Origin: a bacterium
Lineage (GTDB): Bacteria > Oederibacteriota > PGYV01 > Palsa-1178
Length of the DNA: 61,264 nt
NCBI GenBank assembly: GCA_037138355.1
Contig: JBAXIL010000005.1
Coordinates: 1-61,264 of the forward strand
Direction: 5' to 3'
The position numbers were made by a program, and so were the translations under genes. Shown here in pieces: positions 60,595-61,264 of the stretch (position 1 is the stretch's first letter; each line of letters opens with the position of its first letter). Under the pieces are notes generated by a model. That model did no database searches. It was not told where the DNA came from and saw only the letters and a list, made by a program, of their open reading frames with translations.

Positions 60595-60783
60595 GAGTTT
60601 CTTGTTCTGTTTTTTTCTCTACTGTCTACTTTCTACTATTTCAAAATTTTGCTTTTCAAGTTCTGATTTTTTTCCTCTACTATCTACTGTCTACTTTCTA
60701 CTATCTCAAAATTTCGCTTTTCAAGTTCTGATTTTTTTCCTCTACTATCTACTGTCTACTTTCTACTATCTCAAAATTTCGCT
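60595..60783. repeat. 65-bp tandem repeat (two identical copies + one degenerate copy) built on TCTACTN heptamers
   Basis: 60651-60715 is identical to 60716-60780; partial copy before 60651. Confidence 0.9.
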
Positions 60784-60796
60784 AAGCGAAATTTTG

Positions 60797-60881
60797 TGGT
60801 GCGAGTAGAGGGACTTGAACCCCCACGCCTTTCGGCACCAGATCCTAAGTCTGGCGTGTCTGCCAATTTCACCATACTCGC
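60797..60881 (-). tRNA. tRNA-Leu (anticodon UAG)
   Basis: GCGAGTA/TACTCGC acceptor stem, CCAGA-CTTAGGA-TCTGG anticodon arm, variable arm, CCA. Confidence 0.96.
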
Positions 60882-61208
60882 CCATAAAAATAGAAAAAAT
60901 TAGCCATACAGCCGTTAAGCTGCTTTTACAGCTAATTTTTCAAGCCATATTATACTTCATTTTACTACAAATTGCGAATTTTTCCATATATATATACAAT
61001 TATTTTTTGATTTATGGAATATGTGCTATTAACTTATTACAACATTACCTTTATATTCAATCCAAATAACAACTATATTTTATTGATGTTTTATCATATA
61101 TGTTTATTCTCGAAATCATTTTATCAGAATGTGAACCGTTGGTTAACATAGATTATCAGATTTCATTGACTTTTCATTTTGTTGACTAAATATCTTTCAA
61201 AAATATTT

Positions 61209-61264
61209 TGGTGGGCAGTGAGGGAGTCGAACCCTCGGCCAATTGATTAAGAGTCAACTGCTCT
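61209..61264 (-). tRNA. tRNA-Lys (anticodon CUU), 5' end outside the window
   Basis: GTTGA-CTCTTAA-TCAAT anticodon arm, GGTTCGACTCC T-arm, CCA end. Confidence 0.9.

Noticed and set aside
60595-60783. CRISPR array
   Set aside because: Units are identical end to end with no unique spacers, and no cas genes are present

Overview
A 61 kb AT-rich bacterial core-genome segment. Two GT9 LPS heptosyltransferases suggest a diderm, and the class II RNR suggests an anaerobe or facultative anaerobe; the taxon cannot be fixed from sequence alone. Housekeeping content: cinA, nfeD/SPFH, secDF, split transketolase, nrdJ, moxR-DUF58-vWA-vWA, terC, znuACB-like ABC transporter, serS with two tRNA-Ser, mazG, argBDFGH, 6S RNA, rny-ymdB, an LPS/EPS cluster, lon-clpX-clpP-tig, tRNA-Leu and a partial tRNA-Lys. 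No CRISPR array, prophage, integrase or transposase was seen. The most interesting items are: (1) a membrane-protein cluster behind secDF that by eye resembles degenerate NuoJ/NuoK/NuoN, lacks the proton-translocation residues and includes a fused YVTN beta-propeller; (2) an RNA-dense argB-rny intergenic region holding a predicted ~60-nt sRNA with its own promoter and terminator (5' end complementary to the neighbouring 6S RNA), the 6S RNA, and a ~170-nt branched leader that sequesters an anti-SD for rny; (3) a ribokinase-transketolase fusion; (4) an Rh50-type ammonium channel; and (5) dispersed heptamer and palindromic repeats, some attached to tRNA 3' ends. All calls are by-eye motif recognition; no searches or folding programs were run.
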